A DNA stretch of 64,000 nucleotides from Candidatus Latescibacterota bacterium (lineage in GTDB: Bacteria; Latescibacterota; UBA2968; GCA-2709665): NCBI GenBank assembly GCA_963667175.2, contig CAXXXF010000007.1, positions 96,001 to 160,000 of the forward strand, read 5' to 3'. Each line of letters starts with the position of its first letter. The stretch's first letter is position 1. Position numbers and translations under genes: made by a program. The notes under the pieces are model-generated. The model saw only the letters and a program-made list of their open reading frames with translations. It was not told the DNA's origin and made no database searches. Of this stretch, positions 20,349-29,052 are shown in pieces.

Positions 20349-20400
20349 CATTTGTTGCGCACAGTTCCGGATTCGACAACGAAACGTCCTACGGTGCCTT

Positions 20401-22953
20401 ATGAAATTGCGAGCCGTCCTCAGCCACCAGCCCACTGACAGGCTCCACCGCATCGCTGCATCGACCGACCTCCCGGTTTACCACGGCGCCAACAAGTCGG
20501 TGCTGATAGACCAGCTGTGCCGCCATCTTTCCAACCCGGCGCAGGTTCGCCAACGAATCGATGCGCTTCAACCCGGGCATCGGGAGTACGTCGTCAATCT
20601 CGCCGCAGAGGGCGGCGAGTTGCTCAAGGAAGATGCCATTGACGAATTGGGCGCGGGATTCACCCACCGCTTCCAGATCATGCAGGACGCGGTTTCCGAA
20701 CTCGGTCTGGTCTTCGAAGACGTCGAAACACTCGGGGCGGACCATTGCCTGGTCGGCATACCGGAATCGGTCCTCAAGGCCATCCCGCTGAGAGCCGGGA
20801 ACCAGGGTCGGCTCCGCCGCGTAATGCAATCTCGATCCATCGGTCTGCTTCGCGCCTTTGCGAGAGAACTTGGCTGCCCGTTCGAAGACTCCCGCCGTGT
20901 TTTCGTGGCGCGCGCCGTTCGCAAGCGGTTGTTGGATCAGGATCATCTGAAGGCCTACATCATCGATCTGCCGGAAGCCAAGAGAGCCATCCTCGATCGT
21001 GTCCTGGCCACGGATGCCATCACACAGGATGAAATCCTGTGTGACATGGGAGAGGGCGGGCTTCGCGCGCTGGACGAAATGATCTGGAAGACGCCGTTGT
21101 TTTTCCACACCACGGATCGGCTCCTGACAGATACGCCCCTCCAACTTGCTTCAGACCTGAAGCCTGAAATTCAGGCCCTTGACGGCAGAATCGAAGACAT
21201 GGTCGAGGCGGTCGTTGCAAGCAACGGACCGAACCCCTCCCGAACCCGGGAGCAGACGTCCTGCCTGGTACCCGATCTCTGCACGCTTCTCGGATTCATC
21301 GATCAGCGCAGGCCGCGCGCACTCAAACACGGCGGCGTATCCCGGGCCCGGCTCCGGGACGTCAGTAAATACTACCGGGGACACGCGGAACCGGGGTACT
21401 CCGAATTCCTGCTCCTGTTTGCGGAATCCGCCGGACTCATCCGTTGCGACGCGAGAACATGGCGGCTTGCGGAAGACGCCGCCGACCGGCTTTCCCGCGC
21501 GCATGACGTCCGAAACGCCGTACTCAGACTCTGGCGCGAAACCGATCGATGGAACGAGTGGACCACCGAACGTCCCGGCGCGCGGATCCGCAACAGGAAT
21601 GACACCCTGAAAGCCCTTCGTAGCGAACTGCTCGACTGCCTTGCCCGCTGTCCCGAAAACAGCTGGATCTCGTACCTGGATTTTTACGGCTTGCTGGCGC
21701 GCAGGTCCGAGACATTCGCCCATCTCGATGGACGTCCCCCGTCCGGGCGGAACCTGATCGGCGGCGGCGCGGACGAACTGCTGCGGCGCATCTTCGTGTC
21801 GGCGCTGACATGGATGGGGCTGATCAGCCTGGGAAATCCTGAATCGTTCGGCGAGGGCCTCGAACCGGGGCATCCGGGGGTCTTCAAACTGACCGGCCCG
21901 GGCGCGGCGCTTCTCAACGAACGTAAACCTGAGAGTACGTCGGTGGAAACCGCGGGCCGTACCGACGAAAATTTCGTACTGCAACCAAATCTTGAAATTC
22001 TCTCACCGCCGGATCTGCCATCCGCCCTGTACATCCGGCTCTTTTCGATAGCGGAACTCAAGGAAGTCGACGTCCTGGCAAAGTTTCGGATATCTCCCCA
22101 ATCCGTTCACACGGCCATGAGCAGGGGCTGGGACGGCCCCTCACTCAGAGCGTTTCTTCGGGACCACAGCGCCACCGGATTGCCGGAGGTGGTAGACGCC
22201 CTGCTCCGGGAGTGCGAAAGCAAACACGGTGAAATTGAAATCGCGCCGGCGTCCGGCTATCTCGTCAGTGAACGGCCCGAACTGCTGGACGAACTCCTCG
22301 TACAGAGCAAGATCTCATCCCTTCTCGGCGTTCGACTCTCACCCACAACGGCGGCGCTCGACCCGTCTACACGCGTCGAGCAACTCGTGGATGCCCTGAA
22401 CGGATGCGGCTATATGCCGAATATTACTCCCGAAGAATCAAACGAAGAACAACAACGGATGGTGTTGGAGGGTCCGGAATTGTTACAGTTGGCGGGGTTT
22501 CTCGAAACCGCGGCAAAGACCTTCGCCGCCAGGTCGGTTCCGCTGCCTGAGGGCCTGGAACGTCTGCTGAGACGTCTCCGCCGAAGCCTTGGAAGCATTC
22601 CGGACAGCGAATACCGGGACGCCCGGAGCGACTACTGCGAGACCTTTGAAACCCTGTTCAAAAGCGGGCGGCCGCACGACGGATTCCAGACCCTCAGGCG
22701 ATACCCGGGCGCGAATCCGGCCACCGCCGCGGCCGACGTGAAATTCCTCATCGGATACGCCATAGACCATCGGCTCGGCCTGGAAATCGACTACCACGAC
22801 GAACGCGTCGCGAGAACCTCATCTCGTTCGATCGAGCCGATCTATGAAGATCACGGCGTACTTTGCGGCTTTTGCAGGCACCGCAAAGGCGAACGGACGT
22901 TCCGGATCGACAGGATTCGGAGCGCGAGGCTGACCCCTTCTCACGCAGAGTGA
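20401..22953 (+). CDS. XPB-N-terminal-like (Helicase_C_3-type) domain protein with C-terminal WYL domain
   Basis: FVLQPNLEILSP...FRISPQSV..AMSRG...FLRDHSATGLP; C-terminal LEIDY...RSIEP...GFCRHRKGERTFRIDRI; no Walker motifs. Confidence 0.8.
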   Translation: MKLRAVLSHQPTDRLHRIAASTDLPVYHGANKSVLIDQLCRHLSNPAQVRQRIDALQPGHREYVVNLAAEGGELLKEDAIDELGAGFTHRFQIMQDAVSELGLVFEDVETLGADHCLVGIPESVLKAIPLRAGNQGRLRRVMQSRSIGLLRAFARELGCPFEDSRRVFVARAVRKRLLDQDHLKAYIIDLPEAKRAILDRVLATDAITQDEILCDMGEGGLRALDEMIWKTPLFFHTTDRLLTDTPLQLASDLKPEIQALDGRIEDMVEAVVASNGPNPSRTREQTSCLVPDLCTLLGFIDQRRPRALKHGGVSRARLRDVSKYYRGHAEPGYSEFLLLFAESAGLIRCDARTWRLAEDAADRLSRAHDVRNAVLRLWRETDRWNEWTTERPGARIRNRNDTLKALRSELLDCLARCPENSWISYLDFYGLLARRSETFAHLDGRPPSGRNLIGGGADELLRRIFVSALTWMGLISLGNPESFGEGLEPGHPGVFKLTGPGAALLNERKPESTSVETAGRTDENFVLQPNLEILSPPDLPSALYIRLFSIAELKEVDVLAKFRISPQSVHTAMSRGWDGPSLRAFLRDHSATGLPEVVDALLRECESKHGEIEIAPASGYLVSERPELLDELLVQSKISSLLGVRLSPTTAALDPSTRVEQLVDALNGCGYMPNITPEESNEEQQRMVLEGPELLQLAGFLETAAKTFAARSVPLPEGLERLLRRLRRSLGSIPDSEYRDARSDYCETFETLFKSGRPHDGFQTLRRYPGANPATAAADVKFLIGYAIDHRLGLEIDYHDERVARTSSRSIEPIYEDHGVLCGFCRHRKGERTFRIDRIRSARLTPSHAE

Positions 22954-23025
22954 CGCGACGTCGGTCTTCATGGGATCGTTGCCGGCTGCGATCGAACGAC
23001 CCCGTAAAAACGGACGGCGCTTTCC

Positions 23026-23054
23026 TTGACGCGCCGCCGTACAGCGCCTATATT
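23026..23054 (+). promoter_or_regulatory. sigma70-type promoter
   Basis: TTGACG-17 nt-TATATT. Confidence 0.65.
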
Positions 23055-23151
23055 GCGCGGTCCGCACGGCGGCTGACCCCCATCGGCATGGCGGCCGCCG
23101 CCGTTTCAAGTCGATCCGCGTGCCGATGGCGAGCCATTCCGGGAAACCCGT

Positions 23152-23967
23152 ATGCCCCTTAAATACTCCATTCGTGAAAACATGGCGCCGGGAAATTCCA
23201 TCCTGGAGAAATTCCGAAGCCTCGCGGACATAGGCATCGACGGCATCGAGATCACAAGCAGCAGTTCCGTGGAATACGCCGACGAGATCCGTCAGGCGTC
23301 CGCGGAAACAGGGGTATCCCCCAACGTCTTTTCGATCCGTGGCACCATGGGGCTGTTGGACGCGAGGCTCACTGAACGCAGGCAGGCGACGCAAGACCTG
23401 AAAGACGCGCTCACACTGTGCGGCGACCTTGGCGGCGTCGGCGTCATCTTCCCGCCGCTGATCGCAATAAAGCTTCAGGGTGGTCATCGAATTCCGGATC
23501 TCTCCCCTTTTGCCACGTCCGCGCAGGTGGAATCCAGCCTGCTCACCGACATTCTTGCGCGCGACGTCGCCCCGCACGCCGAATCCTGCGGGTGCAGCGT
23601 AATTATCGAACCGCTCAACCGGTACGAGCAGTGGTGGCCGTGCACGCTCGCGGAAGGGCTGGAAATCTGCGAAGCCGTCAATAGTCCGGGTGTAACCATC
23701 ATGGCCGACTTCTTTCATATGAGCATTGAAGAGTCCGACTTGGCGGAAGCCATTCGCAGTGGCGGCGAACGGATCACCAACGTGCACCTGGCAGACAGCA
23801 ACCGGATTCTGCCGGGATACGGGCACACGGACTTCAGACCCGCCCTCCAGGCTCTCGAAGATATCGGATATCGCCATTACTGCGGCTTCGAATGCGCGAT
23901 CCCGCCGGGAAGCGATCCCAAATCCGAGCTCAGGAAATCGATGGACTACCTTAACAGTCTGCATTAA
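23152..23967 (+). CDS. Sugar phosphate isomerase/epimerase (ketose 3-epimerase-like)
   Basis: IEPLNRYE, ADFFHMSIEE, VHLADSNR.LPG.GH. Confidence 0.9.
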   Translation: MPLKYSIRENMAPGNSILEKFRSLADIGIDGIEITSSSSVEYADEIRQASAETGVSPNVFSIRGTMGLLDARLTERRQATQDLKDALTLCGDLGGVGVIFPPLIAIKLQGGHRIPDLSPFATSAQVESSLLTDILARDVAPHAESCGCSVIIEPLNRYEQWWPCTLAEGLEICEAVNSPGVTIMADFFHMSIEESDLAEAIRSGGERITNVHLADSNRILPGYGHTDFRPALQALEDIGYRHYCGFECAIPPGSDPKSELRKSMDYLNSLH

Positions 23968-24084
23968 CGGCCCGTCGAAAAGGCCACCCGGGCGGCGTCC
24001 GCAAGCACCCCGGGAAACCGGGCGAATTGCGGTGTCGCGGTATCGATCGGCACTGACAAACCCCCGACACACCGGAGATCTCCA

Positions 24085-24495
24085 ATGGACCAGCCATCGG
24101 AAAAAAGCCTGAAGCGGATGTGGGTCTACTTCGAGAAATATTGCGAGAAGACCGGCACGACCGGTCATCCCGACACGGGCATCACGGAGGCCGTCGTCAA
24201 CGGCCTAGCGGCACACGTCGACGAACTCGGTCGTCCACTGTGCCCGTGCAACTTCTACCCCGATAAGAAAGCCGAACTCGAACGCAGCCGAGAGTGGATC
24301 TGCGCCTGCGACGAGATGAAAATCTACAAGTACTGCCATTGCCTCCTGTTCGTCACCCCCGAAGGCCTGCCCGTCACCGAATACCTTCCTGAAGGACACG
24401 AAGGCCGGGAATCCTACGGCCTGGTAAGAGACCCGACCCCCGACAAAGGCCGGGAATCCCGCCGCCGCGCCGCTGAAAAAGAATCCGGGACGTAA
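24085..24495 (+). CDS. Ferredoxin:thioredoxin reductase catalytic subunit-like protein
   Basis: GL..H.DELGRPLCPC, WICAC, YCHCLLF; GGAG RBS. Confidence 0.88.
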   Translation: MDQPSEKSLKRMWVYFEKYCEKTGTTGHPDTGITEAVVNGLAAHVDELGRPLCPCNFYPDKKAELERSREWICACDEMKIYKYCHCLLFVTPEGLPVTEYLPEGHEGRESYGLVRDPTPDKGRESRRRAAEKESGT

Positions 24496-24497
24496 GT

Positions 24498-25397
24498 TCA
24501 GGAATCGGTCGCGAACAGGTCCGTGAGCGACGCTTCCGCGACCTCGAGACCGGAGATCTCCGCTTCCACGTCCTGAATCAACAGCGTCCGTAAACCTGAA
24601 TCGTCAACCGCCTGGCGCGCCATTTCCTTCACCTTCCTCATCACCTTGTCCCGCGCCCACGGCGCCATCCCTTCAGAACCGAAACACTCGGATTCAAATG
24701 CTGCGCCAGCAGATGCATCCGGGACGAGGGTATCCCGTTCCAGCGCCAGGGCCAGAACCATGTGCCGCAGGAAATCGCTGAATCCGCACTCGTCTACCGC
24801 CTCGGCAAATGGCAGCAGGACACGCGATGGCAGAATCCGCACAAAGTTCAATCTGGCGCGCAGCGCCAGAAACTGCGGATAATCCTGCAACGGGTCCACT
24901 TCCGCGACCTCGTCGTCCTCCGCGGCGGAAACCTTCCACGTCTCCGGAACGACGCGGGACCAGCGATCGATCTGCCAGCCGTAATCCTGCAGGAGGCGCG
25001 CCTCCGGCCTTCCCGAAATCAAGCGGCAGACCCGCCCCATCTCCTCCAGCCGCGCGTGCGCTTCCTCCCGGCCCCGCTTGCGTATTTCCTCGTATTCCGC
25101 CTTTGCCAGCAGATCCACGGCCCGGTTGAGATCGTTCTTTGCCGAAACCGTCAGACCCAGTTCCAGGCTGACCAGCGCCTGGCGCACGCCCTGAAACAGA
25201 ACGTCACGCGAAACGGCAATCCCGGTCCGGTACCGCCGGCCGAACCGGGCGCCTTCGGTTCGCAAATAGGCCAGCAGAACGTCGGGGGCGTGCCGGGGGA
25301 GTCTGTCATATTTCACGCCCAACGCAATCGCCTGGCCCAGGAAGCCCTCCGAATCGAGCCTGAGCCCCTCCAGGTCGACAACCGCCAAAGGGTTCAC
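24498..25397 (-). CDS. Hypothetical alpha-helical protein
   Basis: 299-aa ORF; its start overlaps the upstream stop (ATGA). Confidence 0.7.
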   Translation of the reverse strand: MNPLAVVDLEGLRLDSEGFLGQAIALGVKYDRLPRHAPDVLLAYLRTEGARFGRRYRTGIAVSRDVLFQGVRQALVSLELGLTVSAKNDLNRAVDLLAKAEYEEIRKRGREEAHARLEEMGRVCRLISGRPEARLLQDYGWQIDRWSRVVPETWKVSAAEDDEVAEVDPLQDYPQFLALRARLNFVRILPSRVLLPFAEAVDECGFSDFLRHMVLALALERDTLVPDASAGAAFESECFGSEGMAPWARDKVMRKVKEMARQAVDDSGLRTLLIQDVEAEISGLEVAEASLTDLFATDS

Positions 25398-26392
25398 TGG
25401 TCTGCTCCTCCGGTGTCCGCTTGATTCTCCTCCGGTTGCTGCGCCGGTGTTACGTTTTCATCCTTCTCGGCTTCGGACCGCTCCCACGCCCCGCGAATCA
25501 CACGGGAAAGCAGGGTCGGCGCGGCCTCATAGAGCGCGTCGAGGACGATGCCGGTTTCCGGATCGTCGATAAACGCGCTGGGACGGGTCCCGCCCAGCCC
25601 CTCGGCGGAAAAAAGCCGGAAACGATAGACCTGAAAACCAGGCGGTCCGACGATCTCATTCAGATTCAGATCATCCATGCGGTCCAGCAGCGCATCCTCC
25701 AGAAGAGACGGGTCCACGGCGCGCAGCAACGCTGCCCGTCGGTTGAACTCCTTGAGCGTCGCAAGGGCCTTCAGCCACTCCCAGGACACGCGGGCGCGCA
25801 AGGCGGGATTGTCCACACTGTCCAGGGTCTCCGCCATTGTGCGCCGCAGAACACCGGGTGACATCGCCCGGATCAGTTCCGTGTTGAACTTCCATTCATC
25901 CGGGTTGACCGAAACCAGATTGCCCAGGATCTCGGCGGGCAGAAGCTCCACCACCCTGTGGCTGTACCCCGGTACGCCGGAACGATCCGCGCCGGTCATC
26001 GAGAGCATCTCCTCCGGCGCATCGCTCATCGCCACCAGCGCGGCCTGCTCTTGCACGGGAAGCGCCTGCATCAGCGATCGCACGCGCTTGACGTCGCCGG
26101 ACGCCAATAACTGCCTGAACTCGCTTTCGCGCCCGATCAGGTCCATCAGATTCCCGGACCAGTTCCCCGATATAACCAGATTCCCCTTGACCTCTACCGA
26201 ACCCGGTTCCGCGGACGCCGGCGTGCCGGACGTCCCGTCTCGAACGTCGTCCGTCCCGTTCGCGAGTTCCCGCTCCTCCTGGCATTTCACGCACGTCGAC
26301 GCGCCGGGCATGACCGCCCTACGGTCCTCCGGTATCTCCGCGCCGCACACCGCACATTCCTTCCACGCGCCAGGTTTCGGTTTCGGATCCAT
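25394..26392 (-). CDS. TraR/DksA C4 zinc finger fused to an unknown helical domain
   Basis: CAVCGAEIPEDRRAVMPGASTCVKCQ at the N-terminus. Confidence 0.75.
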   Translation of the reverse strand: MDPKPKPGAWKECAVCGAEIPEDRRAVMPGASTCVKCQEERELANGTDDVRDGTSGTPASAEPGSVEVKGNLVISGNWSGNLMDLIGRESEFRQLLASGDVKRVRSLMQALPVQEQAALVAMSDAPEEMLSMTGADRSGVPGYSHRVVELLPAEILGNLVSVNPDEWKFNTELIRAMSPGVLRRTMAETLDSVDNPALRARVSWEWLKALATLKEFNRRAALLRAVDPSLLEDALLDRMDDLNLNEIVGPPGFQVYRFRLFSAEGLGGTRPSAFIDDPETGIVLDALYEAAPTLLSRVIRGAWERSEAEKDENVTPAQQPEENQADTGGADQ

Positions 26393-26519
26393 AGACAGGC
26401 CTCGTTCAGCCGGTGGAAGAGGAAAGCCGTCACTCGGGGCGAGTCATCGAATAACGAAAAATACCGAACGCACCCGGAAAAGTCAATATAATTTTCTGTT
26501 TTTAAAGGATTTAAATTTA

Positions 26520-26548
26520 TTGACTTTTCGGCCGCTTATTGTTATATT
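26520..26548 (+). promoter_or_regulatory. sigma70 promoter with AT-rich upstream element
   Basis: TTGACT-17 nt-TATATT, preceded by about 35 nt of AT-rich DNA. Confidence 0.7.
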
Positions 26549-26570
26549 ATTGCCGGTAAGCAAGGGAACT

Positions 26571-26604
26571 GAGGGCCGATGCCGCAAGGCGTTTCGGCCT
26601 TTTT
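26571..26604 (+). terminator. GCAA-tetraloop hairpin with T-tract
   Basis: GAGGGCCGATGCC-GCAA-GGCGTTTCGGCC-TTTTT. Confidence 0.55.
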
Positions 26605-26845
26605 CGATAGATGGATGACTCCCGCATCGCCGAATGAACCTCACCCTCCCCTCGAACTGCCGGAAGTTCAGTGTTTTTCGGGCGCTGCTACATGACAGAT
26701 AACCCTTGACAGAGTCGCGCCGGACACAGTAGTTTTCAGCCTTCAGATCATACGTTTCACCTGGAACGGGAGACGGCTCGAACGGACCCCGGTTTCCGGA
26801 TGCCTTTTCCGGCGTGCATTCACGGCAGGACGCCGCGCATACGCT

Positions 26846-27532
26846 ATGTCCCACGTCCTGCTGCTTGCCGGCGAGACACAGGGCAATCAACTCAGGTCAA
26901 ATCTGGAATCGATCGGCCATACCGTTTCTCGCCCGGCCTGGAACCCGGATTCCGCTGTCAGGCCCGACGCCCGCGGCCTGCCGGGCAATTCCGCTGATCT
27001 GATTGTCGTCGACGATGAGACTTTCCCTGGCGAACTGCCCGTTCGCGTTCAACGCCTGCTCCGGTCTCCGGGCGCCCGAAGCGCGCCATTGCTGCTGATC
27101 ACCGACGAAGCCCGCGTCTCGAACCTCGACTTCTCCGCCGGAATAACCGACTTCATCACCCGCCCCTACTCCCCCGGGCAACTGGAAACCCGCCTGAGAC
27201 TCATCCTCGGACGCGGGGAACGACGGGATGCGATCCGGCTGGACGACCTGGTCATCAATCTGATCCGGTACGAAGTCCGGGTCGGCGGCGCGCCGGTCGC
27301 CCTGACGCTGAAAGAGTACGAGCTATTGAAGTGCCTTGTTGTCCACCGCGGCCGCGTGTTCACCCGTTCGGACTTGCTTGACCGCATCCGGGGGTACGAT
27401 TATCACGGCGGCATGCGCACCATCAACGTCCACGTGGCGCGACTCCGGGCGAAGCTGACCGGCTTCAACGGGGTCATTTCCACGCTAAGAGGGGTCGGCT
27501 ACGGGTTCGACTGGCCTGCGTCTCCAACCTGA
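26846..27532 (+). CDS. OmpR-family winged-helix regulator with atypical receiver (GlnR-like)
   Basis: LTLKEYELL, GRVFTR..LL, GYDYHGGMRTINVHVARLRAKL, TLRGVGYGF. Confidence 0.88.
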   Translation: MSHVLLLAGETQGNQLRSNLESIGHTVSRPAWNPDSAVRPDARGLPGNSADLIVVDDETFPGELPVRVQRLLRSPGARSAPLLLITDEARVSNLDFSAGITDFITRPYSPGQLETRLRLILGRGERRDAIRLDDLVINLIRYEVRVGGAPVALTLKEYELLKCLVVHRGRVFTRSDLLDRIRGYDYHGGMRTINVHVARLRAKLTGFNGVISTLRGVGYGFDWPASPT

Positions 27533-27637
27533 AAGATCGTCCGGGAACAGCATTGCCGCGTGAAGCCCGGACCGAGGGCAGTCCACGCGCGACGGCATTA
27601 TTCCAACTGTTGTCAAACCTGAAGACGGAGGGCGGAT

Positions 27638-28195
27638 ATGGAAGACGCAAGACACCTGACAATGAAAGAACTCGAAGCGGGACTGGGCCACGTGCGAAAT
27701 TCACCGGACGACGCGGGCGTCCTGAAACTGATCGTGCGGCGACCGGCAATCGACCGGCGTGAGGTCCTCGCCGAAGGCGATCTTCACCCGGCTGAGGGCC
27801 TCGTCGGCGACAACTGGAAGTCCCGCGGCAGTTCCAGCACTCCCGACGGATCCGCGAACCCCGATATGCAACTCAACGTTATGAACGCCCGGTGCGCCGC
27901 CCTGGTTGCACAGGACGACAGCCGCTGGCAACTCGCCGGTGACCAGTTGTACGTGGACCTGGATCTGAGCGAAGAAAATCTGCCGCCGGGCGCCCGGCTG
28001 GCGATCGGCGGCGCCGTGATCCGGGTGTCGGAGCAACCCCATACCGGCTGCCGCAAATTCGTATCCCGTTTCGGCGCGGATGCGATGAAATTCGTCAACT
28101 CGCGCCAGGGAAAGCGGTTCCGGCTCCGCGGTCTCAATGCGCGAGTGGTCCAGCCGGGCACCGTTCGGGTCGGCGATAGCGTCAGAAAGGTTTAG
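27638..28195 (+). CDS. MOSC-domain protein
   Basis: GLVGDNW, AGDQLYVDLDLS, PHTGCRKF, RGLNARV. Confidence 0.88.
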   Translation: MEDARHLTMKELEAGLGHVRNSPDDAGVLKLIVRRPAIDRREVLAEGDLHPAEGLVGDNWKSRGSSSTPDGSANPDMQLNVMNARCAALVAQDDSRWQLAGDQLYVDLDLSEENLPPGARLAIGGAVIRVSEQPHTGCRKFVSRFGADAMKFVNSRQGKRFRLRGLNARVVQPGTVRVGDSVRKV

Positions 28196-28199
28196 CGTA

Positions 28200-28976
28200 A
28201 TGGGTTTCGGATTCCATGAGTCGATGATCCACGACTACCGCGTACGGGGTTGCGTGATCTTCCGGCAGATCCTGCCGCCGTCGCTCATCCGCGACCTCCG
28301 CCGCGCCACGGCGAAGGCGCACGTCTATGCACGCGAAAAACGGGGCCCGCAGGCTCAGCGCCTCCAGCCCATTGCCAATTACGACGTCGATATGCGGCCG
28401 TTTCACGACTACGCGGAATTTCCCCCGCTGGTTGACGCCGTCAGCCGGGTGCTCACCCCCGAGCACAGAATCGCCAATAGCGAACTCAAGCGAACGGGGC
28501 TGTTGCTGGAACCGAGGGACAAGCCCTGGTGTACAGGGTGGCACCGGGATCTTCGGGAAACGTCCAACGTACCAGACGTGGAGGAGTTTCGCCGCGTGAA
28601 CCACGACCCGCTCTGGTTCAACCAGATCAACTGCCCCCTCTATGAGGACAACTGCACCTGGTATGTACCCGGCAGCTACCTGCGAGACGATCTGCCCGAC
28701 GAGACTGACGCGGCCGGGGCTCCCCTGCCTCCGGAAGACGCACCGTACGAAGCGCGGGAACGCGCGTGTCTGGAGTATGCCCAGGCGATGCCGCGATCGG
28801 AGCGGCTGTATTTGGACGCGGGGGATTTCGCGCTCTACCATCCCAATGGATGGCATATCGGCAATTATCTGCCCGGACGCAAACGCGTAACCATTCATGA
28901 CTTCGCGCCAACGCCTGAACTGCTGGACTGGTACGATCGCTGGGAGGGAAAACGGGCGCAGGCGGCAAAGGCGTAG
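28200..28976 (+). CDS. Phytanoyl-CoA dioxygenase family protein
   Basis: WHRD, WYVPGS, LDAGDFALY...WHIGNY, KRVTIH. Confidence 0.82.
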   Translation: MGFGFHESMIHDYRVRGCVIFRQILPPSLIRDLRRATAKAHVYAREKRGPQAQRLQPIANYDVDMRPFHDYAEFPPLVDAVSRVLTPEHRIANSELKRTGLLLEPRDKPWCTGWHRDLRETSNVPDVEEFRRVNHDPLWFNQINCPLYEDNCTWYVPGSYLRDDLPDETDAAGAPLPPEDAPYEARERACLEYAQAMPRSERLYLDAGDFALYHPNGWHIGNYLPGRKRVTIHDFAPTPELLDWYDRWEGKRAQAAKA

Positions 28977-29052
28977 CAGTCCGTTGTAGCGGCCGACCAT
29001 TGGAGTTGGCCCGCGATCACACGCGTTTCACGCATTCAGGAAGGAAACCATC

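Noticed and set aside
26558-26592. ANTAR-type dual hairpin (AGCAAGGGAACT ... CGCAAGGCG)
   Set aside because: The three-base stems around the six-nucleotide loops do not close properly.
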